DNA of 64,000 nucleotides from Candidatus Micrarchaeota archaeon (GTDB lineage Archaea > Micrarchaeota > Micrarchaeia > Anstonellales > Bilamarchaeaceae). The notes below the pieces were generated by a model that saw only the letters and a list, made by a program, of their open reading frames with translations, had not been told where the DNA came from and searched no databases. A program made the translations under genes and the position numbers. Shown here one piece after another: positions 27,465 through 37,787 of this stretch (its first letter is position 1; each line of letters begins with the position of its first letter). The stretch spans positions 7,015 through 71,014 of the forward strand of contig JAHJCT010000024.1 of NCBI GenBank assembly GCA_018812715.1, given 5' to 3'.

Positions 27465-27930
27465 GACGATTGATGTTATTGTTGAAGGTGGAAAGGCAAC
27501 AGCCGGACCTCCACTTGCACCAGCATTGGCTCCTATGGGAGTTAATATTGGACAAGTGGTTGCGAAAATCAATGAGGTAACAAAAGATTTTGCAGGCATG
27601 AAAGTGCCAGTTAAGGTAACTGTAAATCCAAAAACCAAAGAATTCACTGTTGACGTAGGTAGTCCGCCCACGGGAGAAATAATCAAAAAAGAGGCTGGGA
27701 TAGAGAAGGGAGCAGGTAATAGGGAACAACCTGCAGGAGACATAGCTTTGGAAGTCGTCGTAAAAATTGCTAAGGCTAAGAGCAATTCTCTTGGAAGTGC
27801 ATTAAAAGAAAAGACAAAAGAAGTATTAGGAACATGTCTTAGCATGGGAGTAACAGTGGAAGGCAAAAACGCAAGAGAGATAATCAAGGAAATCAATGAA
27901 GGAAAGCACGACTCTGTTTTTGCAGGATGA
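27460..27930 (+). CDS. rpl11: 50S ribosomal protein uL11
   Basis: GGKATAGPPLAPAL, GMKVPV, GTCLSMGVTVEG. Confidence 0.97.
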   Translation: MKTIDVIVEGGKATAGPPLAPALAPMGVNIGQVVAKINEVTKDFAGMKVPVKVTVNPKTKEFTVDVGSPPTGEIIKKEAGIEKGAGNREQPAGDIALEVVVKIAKAKSNSLGSALKEKTKEVLGTCLSMGVTVEGKNAREIIKEINEGKHDSVFAG

Positions 27931-27934
27931 CCAT

Positions 27935-29587
27935 ATGAAAAAAATCCTCCTAACTTTTTTCTTGATTTCTTTGGCATCAGCTTCGCATATGTGGCAGTTT
28001 GATACCGATAGTGCAGTTTTTGTTAAGCCCATCACATATCAAGGAAATGTAATTGTAGCTTCTGATGAGGGTAATGTTTATTCACTTGCACCATTAACCG
28101 GACTAAAACAATGGCAAACAAATGTTGGTGGAGCACCGAATGAATTGCTTCTTTTTGATAATGCAGTAGTAGTTTCTTCAACTTCTGGAAAAGTTACAAA
28201 GATTGGAGCTAATGGGAATGTGATATGGAGTGTTAATCTTAATACTACAACATATAATGTTTCATATATTTATGGGGCAAGCACAAATGACAATAAGATA
28301 TATGTAAGTGCAGAGAATGGAATTTATGAGTTGACAAAAACAGGGAATGCAACAAGACTAGTTTCATTTGAAGATTCAGTTGTAACTGCTCCGGCAACTG
28401 GTCCGAATTATGTTATTTATGGCAGAGAAAACCAACTTGTAAGAGTAAGTTTAACTGGTGCCACTCAATGGACAGTAACACTAGATCAAGGATCATTCTG
28501 GCTTTCAAAACCAATTGTTGACGGAGGAGTAGTTTATATTGGAGCTCTTGACAATAAGATGCATGCATATAGTATAGCAAATGGTCAAGAGGTTTGGGAA
28601 GTAAGAACAGATAATTGGGTTTTTGGTACTGCTTTGGTTGACACTGGAGTAGTTTATTTCGGCAGCAATGATGGAAGTATTTATGCTATTGACAAAGGTT
28701 CTGGTGACATAAAATGGGAGGCAGAAACAAGATTGGCCGTGCAGTCACAACCAGAAAGCGGGCAGATGGGTGGACAAAATGTTGTGTTTGTTGGATCAAA
28801 TGACAAAAACATTTATGCTATTGCAAAGACAACTGGTGACATAGTATGGAAAGGATCTGCCGGGGGCGCTGTTGGGAGCCCTTTATATTATCAAAATCTT
28901 ATTATTTATGGTTCACGCGATAAGGAAGTAAATGCCCACATTATAGAAAGAGCATGTTCTATAACAAGTCCGATTGAAGCCCAGTTGATAGGAACAAAAG
29001 AACTTGTTGCTAGTGGCAAATATGTTTCTGAAGCAGGGGGGGCAATGGTCTGGATAAGTATCAATGGAGCTGAATGGATAGAAGCAAATACAACTAATGA
29101 TGGCTGGATATTGTACTTAGATCCAAGCAAAACGCTCGTGGCTGGACTTAATACGATAGTATGTATGGTTGCAGATGTAGGGGGGCAAGAAAGCGGACCT
29201 GATTTTACAAGTGTTGCTATAAACCATAATCCAAATATGGAATTGGCGAATTTTGTTATCACAACATCTCCAAATATCATAGAGGGGGAAGAATTTGTTA
29301 TTTATGTTAATGATGGGGATGATGGCTCTCCAGTAGAGAGGTTTTCATGGACAATGGATGGACAAAGTGGAACATCTGATAAAAATATAACAATCACGAT
29401 AAATGAGCCTAAAACATATCAATTGACAGTAACAAAAATGGGCTTCAATAATGGTAGTGTGAACATAACTGTAAATGCAAGTGGTGTAAATCCATTATTA
29501 GTTGGGGCAGGAGTTTTGGTTATTCTAATTATAGTTTGGCAGGTTTGGACTAGGATTATTAGTAAAAGATTTGCTAAGAAGAAATGA
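27935..29587 (+). CDS. PQQ-like beta-propeller surface protein with C-terminal TM anchor
   Basis: Signal peptide MKKILL..., repeated VYxGSxDxxxYA..tGxxxW blades. Confidence 0.85.
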   Translation: MKKILLTFFLISLASASHMWQFDTDSAVFVKPITYQGNVIVASDEGNVYSLAPLTGLKQWQTNVGGAPNELLLFDNAVVVSSTSGKVTKIGANGNVIWSVNLNTTTYNVSYIYGASTNDNKIYVSAENGIYELTKTGNATRLVSFEDSVVTAPATGPNYVIYGRENQLVRVSLTGATQWTVTLDQGSFWLSKPIVDGGVVYIGALDNKMHAYSIANGQEVWEVRTDNWVFGTALVDTGVVYFGSNDGSIYAIDKGSGDIKWEAETRLAVQSQPESGQMGGQNVVFVGSNDKNIYAIAKTTGDIVWKGSAGGAVGSPLYYQNLIIYGSRDKEVNAHIIERACSITSPIEAQLIGTKELVASGKYVSEAGGAMVWISINGAEWIEANTTNDGWILYLDPSKTLVAGLNTIVCMVADVGGQESGPDFTSVAINHNPNMELANFVITTSPNIIEGEEFVIYVNDGDDGSPVERFSWTMDGQSGTSDKNITITINEPKTYQLTVTKMGFNNGSVNITVNASGVNPLLVGAGVLVILIIVWQVWTRIISKRFAKKK

Positions 29588-29589
29588 AT

Positions 29590-31323
29590 CTATTCAACAG
29601 TAACAGATTTAGCAAGGTTACGGGGCCTATCTGGGTTGATTCCTTTTAGAACACTAACATGGTATGCTAAAAGCTGTAAAGGAATAATCAAAGCAAATGG
29701 ATAAAGAATAGGATCAATTTCTGGAAGTTCAATAACAAAATTGCTTTCTTTTTTCACATCTTCATCATTGGTTAGACCAACAATCATTGCTCCTCTTGCT
29801 TTTGCTTCTTTAATATTACCAAAAAGTTTTGGGATAGTGTCATCTTTTGGAGCTAGGGCTATTAATGGCACACCATCTGTGATTAAACTAAGAGTGCCAT
29901 GTTTCAGTTCTCCCCCCGGATAAGCTTCAGAATGAATATATGTTATTTCCTTGAATTTCAAAGATCCTTCATAAGCAATCGGAACATTTTTTCCTCTGGC
30001 AATAAAGAATGCGTGTTCTTTACCCGCAAGTTTTACTGCAATTTTTTTTATCTGGTTTTCTAATTTTAGCATAAGCTCTATTAATTTTGGAAGTTCAGCT
30101 AATTTCTTTTTTCCATAGATTAATTTGTAAATAACTGCAAGTTGGGCAGTGAAAGTTTTTGTTGCTGCTACACCAACTTCAGGACCTGTATTAAGATAAA
30201 TGATACTATCAGAAATTCTTGTTATAGTCGACCCAACGGTATTAGTTATTGCTATTTTCCTTGATTTTTCTGCATAGCGCAATGCCTGAAGAACGTCGGC
30301 AGTTTCACCACTTTGGCTTATAGCAATTATAAGGGTTTTTTCATTCGGTTTGGCTATGAAAGGATAATCACTGGCGATAAATGCTTGTGATATTTTTCCT
30401 TTTTCTGATAGAAGATAAGAGAGTAGTAGGCCAGCATGATAAGAAGTTCCACACGCGATGATATCAATTTTTTCATACTCATCAATAATTGATTTAGCAG
30501 AATCAACATCTGCAGCTAAACTTTCATTGATGAAATGTTTCTGATCAAAAATCTCTTTTAGCATAAAATGTGGGTAGCCGCATTTTTGTGCCATTTCAAT
30601 ATTCCAATCTACAGTAATCTGTTTTCTAGTTGTTTCAGAACCATCAACGGAATAGACCTTGTAACCGTGTTTGGTGAGAACTGCAAGGTCGCCTTCTTGA
30701 AGAGGAACAAAGGTTTTAGTATATTTGAGCATAGCCGGAATATCAGAAGCGCAGAACATTTCTCCTTTTCCTACGCCTATAACAAGAGGGCTGTTTTTTC
30801 TTGCAAGGAAAATTCGTTCTTCTTTATCTTCCGTACTTAATGCAACAATAGCATAAGATCCTTCTAACTGGCGTACGCTTTTCATAAAGGCTTTCAAAAG
30901 AGACTGCGACTTAGCATTCTCCTCTACGAGGTGGGGAATAAGTTCGGAGTCAGTATCGGTTGTAAATTCATGTCCTTTTTCAATTAAGTCATTTTTAAGT
31001 TTTGTAAAATTTTCAATAACGCCATTATGAACTGCAACTATAGTTTTTCTAGTGTTGAAATGTGGGTGGGCATTTTCTTTACACACCACGCCGTGAGTGG
31101 CCCATCTTGAATGCCCTATGCCGATATTTCCTTCAATATTAGTAAACTGAAGTGTTGTGGAAACATCTTCGATCATTCCTACATCTTTCCTTATCTCAAG
31201 TTTTTTATCATTAAGTACAGCTATACCTACTGAATCATATCCACGATATTCGAGTCGTTTCAATCCTTCAGTAAGAACTTCTGATGCTTTTCTAGAGCCT
31301 ATATAACCAATAATGCCGCACAT
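29590..31323 (-). CDS. glmS: Glutamine--fructose-6-phosphate aminotransferase
   Basis: MCGIIG, LEYRGYDS, HSRWATHG, SQSGETAD, PRNLAKSVTVE. Confidence 0.98.
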   Translation of the reverse strand: MCGIIGYIGSRKASEVLTEGLKRLEYRGYDSVGIAVLNDKKLEIRKDVGMIEDVSTTLQFTNIEGNIGIGHSRWATHGVVCKENAHPHFNTRKTIVAVHNGVIENFTKLKNDLIEKGHEFTTDTDSELIPHLVEENAKSQSLLKAFMKSVRQLEGSYAIVALSTEDKEERIFLARKNSPLVIGVGKGEMFCASDIPAMLKYTKTFVPLQEGDLAVLTKHGYKVYSVDGSETTRKQITVDWNIEMAQKCGYPHFMLKEIFDQKHFINESLAADVDSAKSIIDEYEKIDIIACGTSYHAGLLLSYLLSEKGKISQAFIASDYPFIAKPNEKTLIIAISQSGETADVLQALRYAEKSRKIAITNTVGSTITRISDSIIYLNTGPEVGVAATKTFTAQLAVIYKLIYGKKKLAELPKLIELMLKLENQIKKIAVKLAGKEHAFFIARGKNVPIAYEGSLKFKEITYIHSEAYPGGELKHGTLSLITDGVPLIALAPKDDTIPKLFGNIKEAKARGAMIVGLTNDEDVKKESNFVIELPEIDPILYPFALIIPLQLLAYHVSVLKGINPDRPRNLAKSVTVE

Positions 31324-31362
31324 TTGAAGATATAAAAAGAAATAGAGATTTTAAAGAGTTGT

Positions 31363-32484
31363 TTATTTCAGCTGTAAAGGAGTTAGGCAACCAGTAGATA
31401 GATCATATCTGAGATTGGATATTGCAAGTTCTTTTGAGTCAATCATATTAGCAATTTTAGGTTCCCCACCAACAGTCATGCTTCTGAGATCCTGCTCCCA
31501 TTTATCAAATAATTGATTAAGTTTCTGGTCATCAGTTATGTGTCCGGGTGCAATAAAACTTATATGTCTCACTCCGAGGTGTTCCACTGCATATAGGACA
31601 GATGCCTCGTCAAAATCATCAAGACCACCTTCAGAACCAGTGGTGCAGAAAACATCATTTTGTTCTGCGCGAGTAATAGTTGCAACACTGTATGGTAAAT
31701 CATTGCTTCCAACTACTATGGCATGAGGTTTTTGAACTGCCAATTTCTCAGAAAGCCTCCCATCTTCATTTGCTCTTAAATGAGTTAGATTCCATTTAGA
31801 GCAGAGGATTTCAATAATTGCTGAAACTCCATTATGTAATATACGAACAGCCTCAGTGGTTTCATCCCAGTTGTAGAGCATTGTTCCTGTATGTACCTCA
31901 AATTCTTGCTTTGCCTTAACAAGCTGTCCAAGTGCGTTTTCTTGAGGAGTATCACCAGAAATTTCAGTTAAAAGTGCGTTCAGAGGATCACTGCCAGTAT
32001 CCCATCTTCCGACCCCATCCCATTTTACCTTTTCTTTTACAGCACCACAATGAGAATGTGCTTGGATAATGATTACACCATCTTTTTTTACTCTTCCTGC
32101 AGCTTGCTTAATTTCATCAAAAGATGGGCCACTTGTTGGGATAACATTGCCCGCTACACGAATCTGCATACCAACGAGTTCATCACCCTCAGAATCCATT
32201 CTTAAAACACGGGCATCCGAACAAGCAATAAGAAGATAATCTGCTTCCCCGTTCATTATTTTTTGATGACGTTCAATAGGGGTTATGTTTAATGATTTGA
32301 GTATTGCAACATGTTCTTTATTGCCTTCTACAAGCATCATAAGAGATTGAGCAGGCATGATACCCATGGCCCGATGTTTCTGCCTTAGGATTGCACAAAC
32401 AGAGTCGCTATGAGGAGCTGTAAAACGAGGTTTCTCCTCCCGTCTACCTGTTCCAGGCTGGTGTGTTTTATTCTGGTGTGTCAT
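31363..32484 (-). CDS. Tandem two-domain beta-carbonic anhydrase-like protein
   Basis: Domain 1: ACSDAR, RVAGN, HSHCGA. Domain 2: QKP, VF, EASVLYAVEHLGV, no Zn ligands. Confidence 0.8.
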   Translation of the reverse strand: MTHQNKTHQPGTGRREEKPRFTAPHSDSVCAILRQKHRAMGIMPAQSLMMLVEGNKEHVAILKSLNITPIERHQKIMNGEADYLLIACSDARVLRMDSEGDELVGMQIRVAGNVIPTSGPSFDEIKQAAGRVKKDGVIIIQAHSHCGAVKEKVKWDGVGRWDTGSDPLNALLTEISGDTPQENALGQLVKAKQEFEVHTGTMLYNWDETTEAVRILHNGVSAIIEILCSKWNLTHLRANEDGRLSEKLAVQKPHAIVVGSNDLPYSVATITRAEQNDVFCTTGSEGGLDDFDEASVLYAVEHLGVRHISFIAPGHITDDQKLNQLFDKWEQDLRSMTVGGEPKIANMIDSKELAISNLRYDLSTGCLTPLQLK

Positions 32485-32560
32485 GTTATATATTAGGAGC
32501 TAAAGTCTTTTTAAATGTTACAGAGTGTTTTTAACATATTAAAATGAGAGTGTGAATTTT

Positions 32561-33133
32561 ATGAATGCAGAAGACGTAATTAGTAAATTAGTAGAGGGCA
32601 ATAAAAGATACATAAGCGGAAAATTAAGTGAAAAGGACATCATAAAAAAGAGAGAAGGTTCCAAAACCGGACAAAAACCAATGGCGACAGTAGTGTGTTG
32701 TTCTGATTCGCGGGTTGTCCCTGAATTCATTTTTGATACCAACCTAGAGGAGATATTTACAATTATCACTGCCGGCAATGTTGTTGGTGGAATAGCGCTC
32801 GGTTCAATAGAATATGCTGTTGGCCATCTTCACACGCCACTTCTTATAGTAATGGGACATGAAAAATGTGGTGCAGTTACGGCTGCATATGATGATCATA
32901 AAGAAGCCAGTATTACGAAGATAGTAGATAAAATAAAACCAGCTGTGGAGAGAACAAAGAAAGGTGGAGAAAAGAATGCTGAGATAGAAGAGGCAATAAA
33001 AGAGAATGTAAAGAATGTGATTGAAGAGATAAAAAAGAGCCCAATTGTAGAAAAAGCATTAAAAGAAGGAAAACTTAAAATTTTAGGAATGAAATATTAT
33101 TTTGAAGATGGGCGTGTAGAAACAATAAACTGA
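32561..33133 (+). CDS. Beta-class carbonic anhydrase
   Basis: EGNKRY, GQKP, CCSDSRV, AGN, GSIEYAV, GHEKCGA. Confidence 0.95.
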   Translation: MNAEDVISKLVEGNKRYISGKLSEKDIIKKREGSKTGQKPMATVVCCSDSRVVPEFIFDTNLEEIFTIITAGNVVGGIALGSIEYAVGHLHTPLLIVMGHEKCGAVTAAYDDHKEASITKIVDKIKPAVERTKKGGEKNAEIEEAIKENVKNVIEEIKKSPIVEKALKEGKLKILGMKYYFEDGRVETIN

Positions 33134-33137
33134 GGGA

Positions 33138-34343
33138 TTGTATTTGGCTGATTCTGACAAAATGTATGCATTCAAAAAGCAGTTGCGTAAACTGGCCGAA
33201 TATAAAGGCAGTGGAACAGAGTTGATATCTGTTTACATAGCCGCCGGTTCTGCAGTACACGAGATGAACAACAAACTAAGAGAGGAAATGAGCCAGGCAA
33301 GCAACATCAAGTCTAAATCCACTAAGACAAATGTTTTGGGTGCTTTGGAAAGGATAATGAATTATCTTAAGATATTCAAAAAAACACCTGAGAATGGAAT
33401 TGCGGTCTTTGCAGGAAACATTTCAGACAACCCTGCCAAAACAGTTATTGAATTATTCTCTTTAGAGCCACCAGAACCACTTTCCATAGGAGCATATAGA
33501 TGCGATAGTAAATTTTTTCTCGAACCCTTGGAAAGGCTGCTTGAAGCTACAGATGCTTACGGTATAGTAGTGATGGATGGGAGAGAAGCAACATTGGCCA
33601 TTGTAAAGGGGACGAACATAACAATTGTAAGAAAATTGAACTCCACAGCACATGCGAAAGTTAGCAAAGGTGGACAATCGCAAATGAGATATCAGAGACT
33701 TGTGGAAGAACAAATTGAAAATTATTACAAACGTGTTGGAGAAGCGATGGACAAGGCTTTTCTTGAAAAAGTAAAGGCAGTAATGCTTGGGGGGCCTGGG
33801 CCAACTAAAGAATTTTTCATGAAAATGAAACCATTTAATTATCAGATAGAGGTCCTGGGCGTTGTTGATACGGGTTATACGGATGAGTATGGAGTACGAG
33901 AAGTACTTGCAAAAAGTGAGGGTATACTAGCCAAGCAGGAAGCAATCAAGGAAAAAGTATTAGTTGACCGATTCATCAAAGAGGCTGTTAGTGATGGGCT
34001 TGCCACTTACGGAGAAAAGGAAGTAAGAGAAGCCATAGAAACAGGGCAAGCAGAGAAAGTGCTTTTATCTGAAGGATTGGAACATGTGAGCGCTCATTAT
34101 AGGTGCAATTGTGGAAAAGAAGATAGAAAAACATTCAGGGAAAAGGCAGAAGAAAATATACCATGTAAATGTGGCGGACAGATGAAGCTCCAAAAAGAAG
34201 AAGCACTATTAGATGAGCTAGCCGATCTTGCCAGAGAGAGCAGTATTGAAGTTGAGATAGTTTCAACAGGTAGTACCGAAGGTGCTCAATTCCTTACTGG
34301 TTTTGCTGGAGTGGGTGCTATTTTGAGGTACAAGAACAGATGA
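33138..34343 (+). CDS. prf1: Archaeal peptide chain release factor 1
   Basis: GTELIS, NIKS, YRCDSKF, GGQS, Zn-ribbon insert, GVGAILRY. Confidence 0.97.
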   Translation: MYLADSDKMYAFKKQLRKLAEYKGSGTELISVYIAAGSAVHEMNNKLREEMSQASNIKSKSTKTNVLGALERIMNYLKIFKKTPENGIAVFAGNISDNPAKTVIELFSLEPPEPLSIGAYRCDSKFFLEPLERLLEATDAYGIVVMDGREATLAIVKGTNITIVRKLNSTAHAKVSKGGQSQMRYQRLVEEQIENYYKRVGEAMDKAFLEKVKAVMLGGPGPTKEFFMKMKPFNYQIEVLGVVDTGYTDEYGVREVLAKSEGILAKQEAIKEKVLVDRFIKEAVSDGLATYGEKEVREAIETGQAEKVLLSEGLEHVSAHYRCNCGKEDRKTFREKAEENIPCKCGGQMKLQKEEALLDELADLARESSIEVEIVSTGSTEGAQFLTGFAGVGAILRYKNR

Positions 34344-34394
34344 AGGATATATTTAAATACTTGTTAGACCATAATTTATAACAGGTGAATAATT

Positions 34395-34691
34395 ATGACA
34401 AGATTTAGAGCTATTGTTAGGCAGGGGCCCGCAGTAGTAAAAAACGCTCTTGTATATGGATTCAATTTAGCCAGATATAAATTGAGACAGGAAAATTTCA
34501 ATTTGACATGTGATACAGTACGAAGCATGTCATCAAATAGGGCCATGGATACTCTTGATAATGCCATGAAAACTCTTGGAGATAGTGTAGGTGATGTTCT
34601 TGTTTCAGGAATACAACTGAAAAGATCTGTTAATGATTTTAGAGTTGAATGGAGAAACAGAGAACCTGCTACAGAGGGTCTTCGTTCTTAG
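34395..34691 (+). CDS. Hypothetical protein
   Basis: 98-aa ORF with its own TTTAAATA box and AGGTGA RBS. Confidence 0.55.
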   Translation: MTRFRAIVRQGPAVVKNALVYGFNLARYKLRQENFNLTCDTVRSMSSNRAMDTLDNAMKTLGDSVGDVLVSGIQLKRSVNDFRVEWRNREPATEGLRS

Positions 34692-34706
34692 TTACAGGTA
34701 TGAACT

Positions 34707-35672
34707 TCAGAGATACTCTCTTATAGGATTTAACATCCTTTCTTCTATTGCAGAAATATATGTATGTTTTCCTATTATATGACCAAATTTTGTTTTTATT
34801 TCTCTTACGAATTTATGTAGTTCAACTGTATCCTCAACTATTACATCTACTTCTATATCCCAGCTACCAATAGTTTTATTTAGGAAGATAACATTATCAT
34901 GTTCAAGACAATAATCCAAGAATTTCTTTTCTTTTTCTCTTGTCATGCTTCTGAAACCTATCAAAACTTTATAGTATTCAAATCCAAGTTTTCTTGCATC
35001 ATACCATGCAGTATAGCCTAGGATGTAGCCTTTCTCAGTTAGTTTCTTTATCCGGTATTGTACTGTATCAGGAGTAAGGTTAATCATATTAGCAATGTTA
35101 ATTGTCGACTCTCGAGCATTATTATAAAGTGCAGAGAGTATCTTCAGATCAATATTATTTAGTTCTTCAATTTTAGTTATTCTTTCAAGGGGAAATTCAG
35201 GGTGTCTTCCCCCTCCAAGGGCTCGATTCCATGAAAGATAGGTTTGGTAGGTAGTAGTTGCAACAGTTTTTTCAATTATTTTTTTCCCAAATCTTTCTGT
35301 GATTTTATTGACAAGTTCCTCCACCTCAATTTCATCTCTTGCAACAAATCTCAGTAGAACATCATATTCTCCTTGACAGACAACGCCCCAAAGGGTTCTG
35401 GGATAATTTTCAAAGAATCTTAGTATTGCTTTCTCTGTTTTTACATCCATTACATCGAATTTGAAATATAGCCTATATGCCCTAAACCCCAATTTTGCAA
35501 GATTAATATCTGCAAATAAGAGAACTACAATGCCTGCTTCTTCTAATTTTCTCAATCTTCTTTCGACAGTGCTACTGCTTAATTTGAGTTTTTTTCCCAT
35601 TTGTGTAAAACTCATTCTGGAATTTAGATAAAGCAAGGTAAGAAGTTCCTTGTCCTTCTTGTCTATTTCCAT
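34707..35672 (-). CDS. Double Lrp/AsnC regulator
   Basis: Two HTH+RAM repeats (GEYDV; GSWDI). Confidence 0.9.
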   Translation of the reverse strand: MEIDKKDKELLTLLYLNSRMSFTQMGKKLKLSSSTVERRLRKLEEAGIVVLLFADINLAKLGFRAYRLYFKFDVMDVKTEKAILRFFENYPRTLWGVVCQGEYDVLLRFVARDEIEVEELVNKITERFGKKIIEKTVATTTYQTYLSWNRALGGGRHPEFPLERITKIEELNNIDLKILSALYNNARESTINIANMINLTPDTVQYRIKKLTEKGYILGYTAWYDARKLGFEYYKVLIGFRSMTREKEKKFLDYCLEHDNVIFLNKTIGSWDIEVDVIVEDTVELHKFVREIKTKFGHIIGKHTYISAIEERMLNPIREYL

Positions 35673-35774
35673 TAATGTTGATTAGCCTGAAGATTTTAAA
35701 ATATTTTCGGTTTTCTTGCATTTTTTTCTAAAATATATTAAATATCTAAATTGTGCGTTATAGTTGGTGTTAAA

Positions 35775-36476
35775 ATGGTACTAGATGGAAAAGAGAGGAA
35801 AAATGTACAAAAAATGGATGGGTGGGCTGTTGTAGCAGCTGAGCTCGAAGGAGAGGATCTAAAAGAAAAAATATATGACAACACATTATTCTCTCTTTGT
35901 GGGGACCTTGAAGGAAAGGCAGTGCTTGATTATGGTGCTGGTCCTGCAGTTGTTGCAAGTAGAGCAATGGATAATGGAGCTTCTGTCAAAGCATTTGATA
36001 TTTCAAAAGATATGAGAGAGATAGCAGTCGAAAAGCTTGGAAAACAAAATGTATATGAGGCAGTAGAAGAGATCCCAGGAAATTATTTTGACATAGTACT
36101 GTGCAACTTAGTGCTTTGTATAGTTCCGGAAGAAGAAGTAGCGGTAATTGTAAGAAACATTAGGAACATGCTGAAAACTGATGGGATTGCCTATGTCGGT
36201 TTTTGCAACCCACGTATTTTCGATGTGCCAGAATCAGTTATAGATTTCAGGAAGCAAACTGGAGATGCATACGAGAATAATCACGAATATACGAAAGTTA
36301 AGAAGGAGGGGAATTACGAGATAATGGAATTGCACAGACCTATTGAGTGGTATGAAGAAATGTTCAGAGGAGCAGGATTCGAAGTAGATGTCAACTTCAC
36401 TCCAGAATATGACATCGGAAAGAGAAAAATCAGCGATTTCATTATTTTCAAACTTAAGAAGGAGGGATTGAAATGA
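35775..36476 (+). CDS. Class I SAM-dependent methyltransferase
   Basis: VLDYGAGPA, FDIS, FDIVLCNLVL. Confidence 0.88.
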   Translation: MVLDGKERKNVQKMDGWAVVAAELEGEDLKEKIYDNTLFSLCGDLEGKAVLDYGAGPAVVASRAMDNGASVKAFDISKDMREIAVEKLGKQNVYEAVEEIPGNYFDIVLCNLVLCIVPEEEVAVIVRNIRNMLKTDGIAYVGFCNPRIFDVPESVIDFRKQTGDAYENNHEYTKVKKEGNYEIMELHRPIEWYEEMFRGAGFEVDVNFTPEYDIGKRKISDFIIFKLKKEGLK

Positions 36477-37777
36477 TAATTGAAAAAATAAGCGAATACT
36501 TTGAATTTGTAAAACATAAAACAAATGTTAAAACAGAGGTCCTTGCAGGAGTTTCTACATTCCTTGCACTATCATATATCTTCATAGTAAATCCAGCAAT
36601 CCTTGCAGAGGCAGGAATGAGCAAAGGATTTGTTTTATTTGCTACAATTATTGCATCATTCCTTGCAACGTTTGCTATGGGAATATTGGCAAAAAAGCCA
36701 TTTGTCTTAGCTCCGGGATTAGAGATGAACGCCTATGTTGCGTTCTTTGTAGTTGCATCTTTAGGTTTCTCCTGGCAGGCTGGACTTGGAGCAGTTTTTT
36801 GGTCAGGAATACTGTTCATGGTACTCACGGCACTTGATATCAGACAAAAAATCATAACAGCGATACCAGACAGTATGAAGGGTGGGCTGGCTCTAAGTGT
36901 CGGTGTATTCCTTGCATTGATTGCATTCAAGATCTCAGGTATGCTGCTATACGAAGGAGTCAATCTGTCAGCAGTAGGTAGCCTGTTATCCGGAGAGGCC
37001 ATAGTAGTTTACTTTGGTTTGATGACAATCTTAGTGCTTGAAAGGTTGAAGATAAGAGGATCAGTATTAATAAGTATAATCCTATCGACGATCTTTGCAT
37101 ATGGCTTAGGTCTTGGCACAGCAGCTGCAGATGTTTCAACAATGTCAACTGGGTGGTTTGACGGCATTTTGCAATTCGACATCATGGTAATTCTTGATCC
37201 GAGAATTTGGAGTGCTGTATTGGTGCTCTTCCTTGTAGATTTCTACGGAAGCGTTGCAAAATTCATCGGTCTTACCAGGAATACCAGCATAGTAAACAAA
37301 GACGGAACTATGCCACAGATGAAGGAGGCATTATCAATAGATGGCATTGGAACCATCGTCGGTTCTGCTCTAGGAACTACCAGCATAACCACATATGTAG
37401 AAAGTGGAGTTGGGATAGGTGCTGGAGGAAGAACAGGACTAACAGCTGTAGTCTGTTCCTTGCTGATGCTATCCTTCTTGCTCTTAAGTCCAGTAATAGG
37501 AATGGTTCCAGTTATTGCTACTGGAGGTGCATTGTTATTCGTAGGAATAACTTTACTCCCATCAAAAGAAGAGCTCGGAGGATACACCTGGATAGATAAA
37601 ACATCAGTGATTCTGATGGCAATAACTGTATTGCTTACATTTGCACTTGACAAGGCAATGCTTGTTGGGTTTGGAGCATATATAATGTCATCAGTGATTG
37701 CAAAAAGAAAAGTCGATAAATATTTGGTTGCATCAACTATACTCCTGTTAATCGGAGTAGTTTTACAACTAATCTAA
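36473..37777 (+). CDS. NCS2/AzgA family purine permease
   Basis: TEVLAGVSTFLALSYIFIVNPAIL, APGL, YVESGVGIGAGGRTGLTA. Confidence 0.93.
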   Translation: MIIEKISEYFEFVKHKTNVKTEVLAGVSTFLALSYIFIVNPAILAEAGMSKGFVLFATIIASFLATFAMGILAKKPFVLAPGLEMNAYVAFFVVASLGFSWQAGLGAVFWSGILFMVLTALDIRQKIITAIPDSMKGGLALSVGVFLALIAFKISGMLLYEGVNLSAVGSLLSGEAIVVYFGLMTILVLERLKIRGSVLISIILSTIFAYGLGLGTAAADVSTMSTGWFDGILQFDIMVILDPRIWSAVLVLFLVDFYGSVAKFIGLTRNTSIVNKDGTMPQMKEALSIDGIGTIVGSALGTTSITTYVESGVGIGAGGRTGLTAVVCSLLMLSFLLLSPVIGMVPVIATGGALLFVGITLLPSKEELGGYTWIDKTSVILMAITVLLTFALDKAMLVGFGAYIMSSVIAKRKVDKYLVASTILLLIGVVLQLI

Positions 37778-37787
37778 TTCTTTCTTT

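Noticed and set aside
27406-28035. Minus-strand ORFs of 69-180 aa
   Set aside because: Antisense to rpl11
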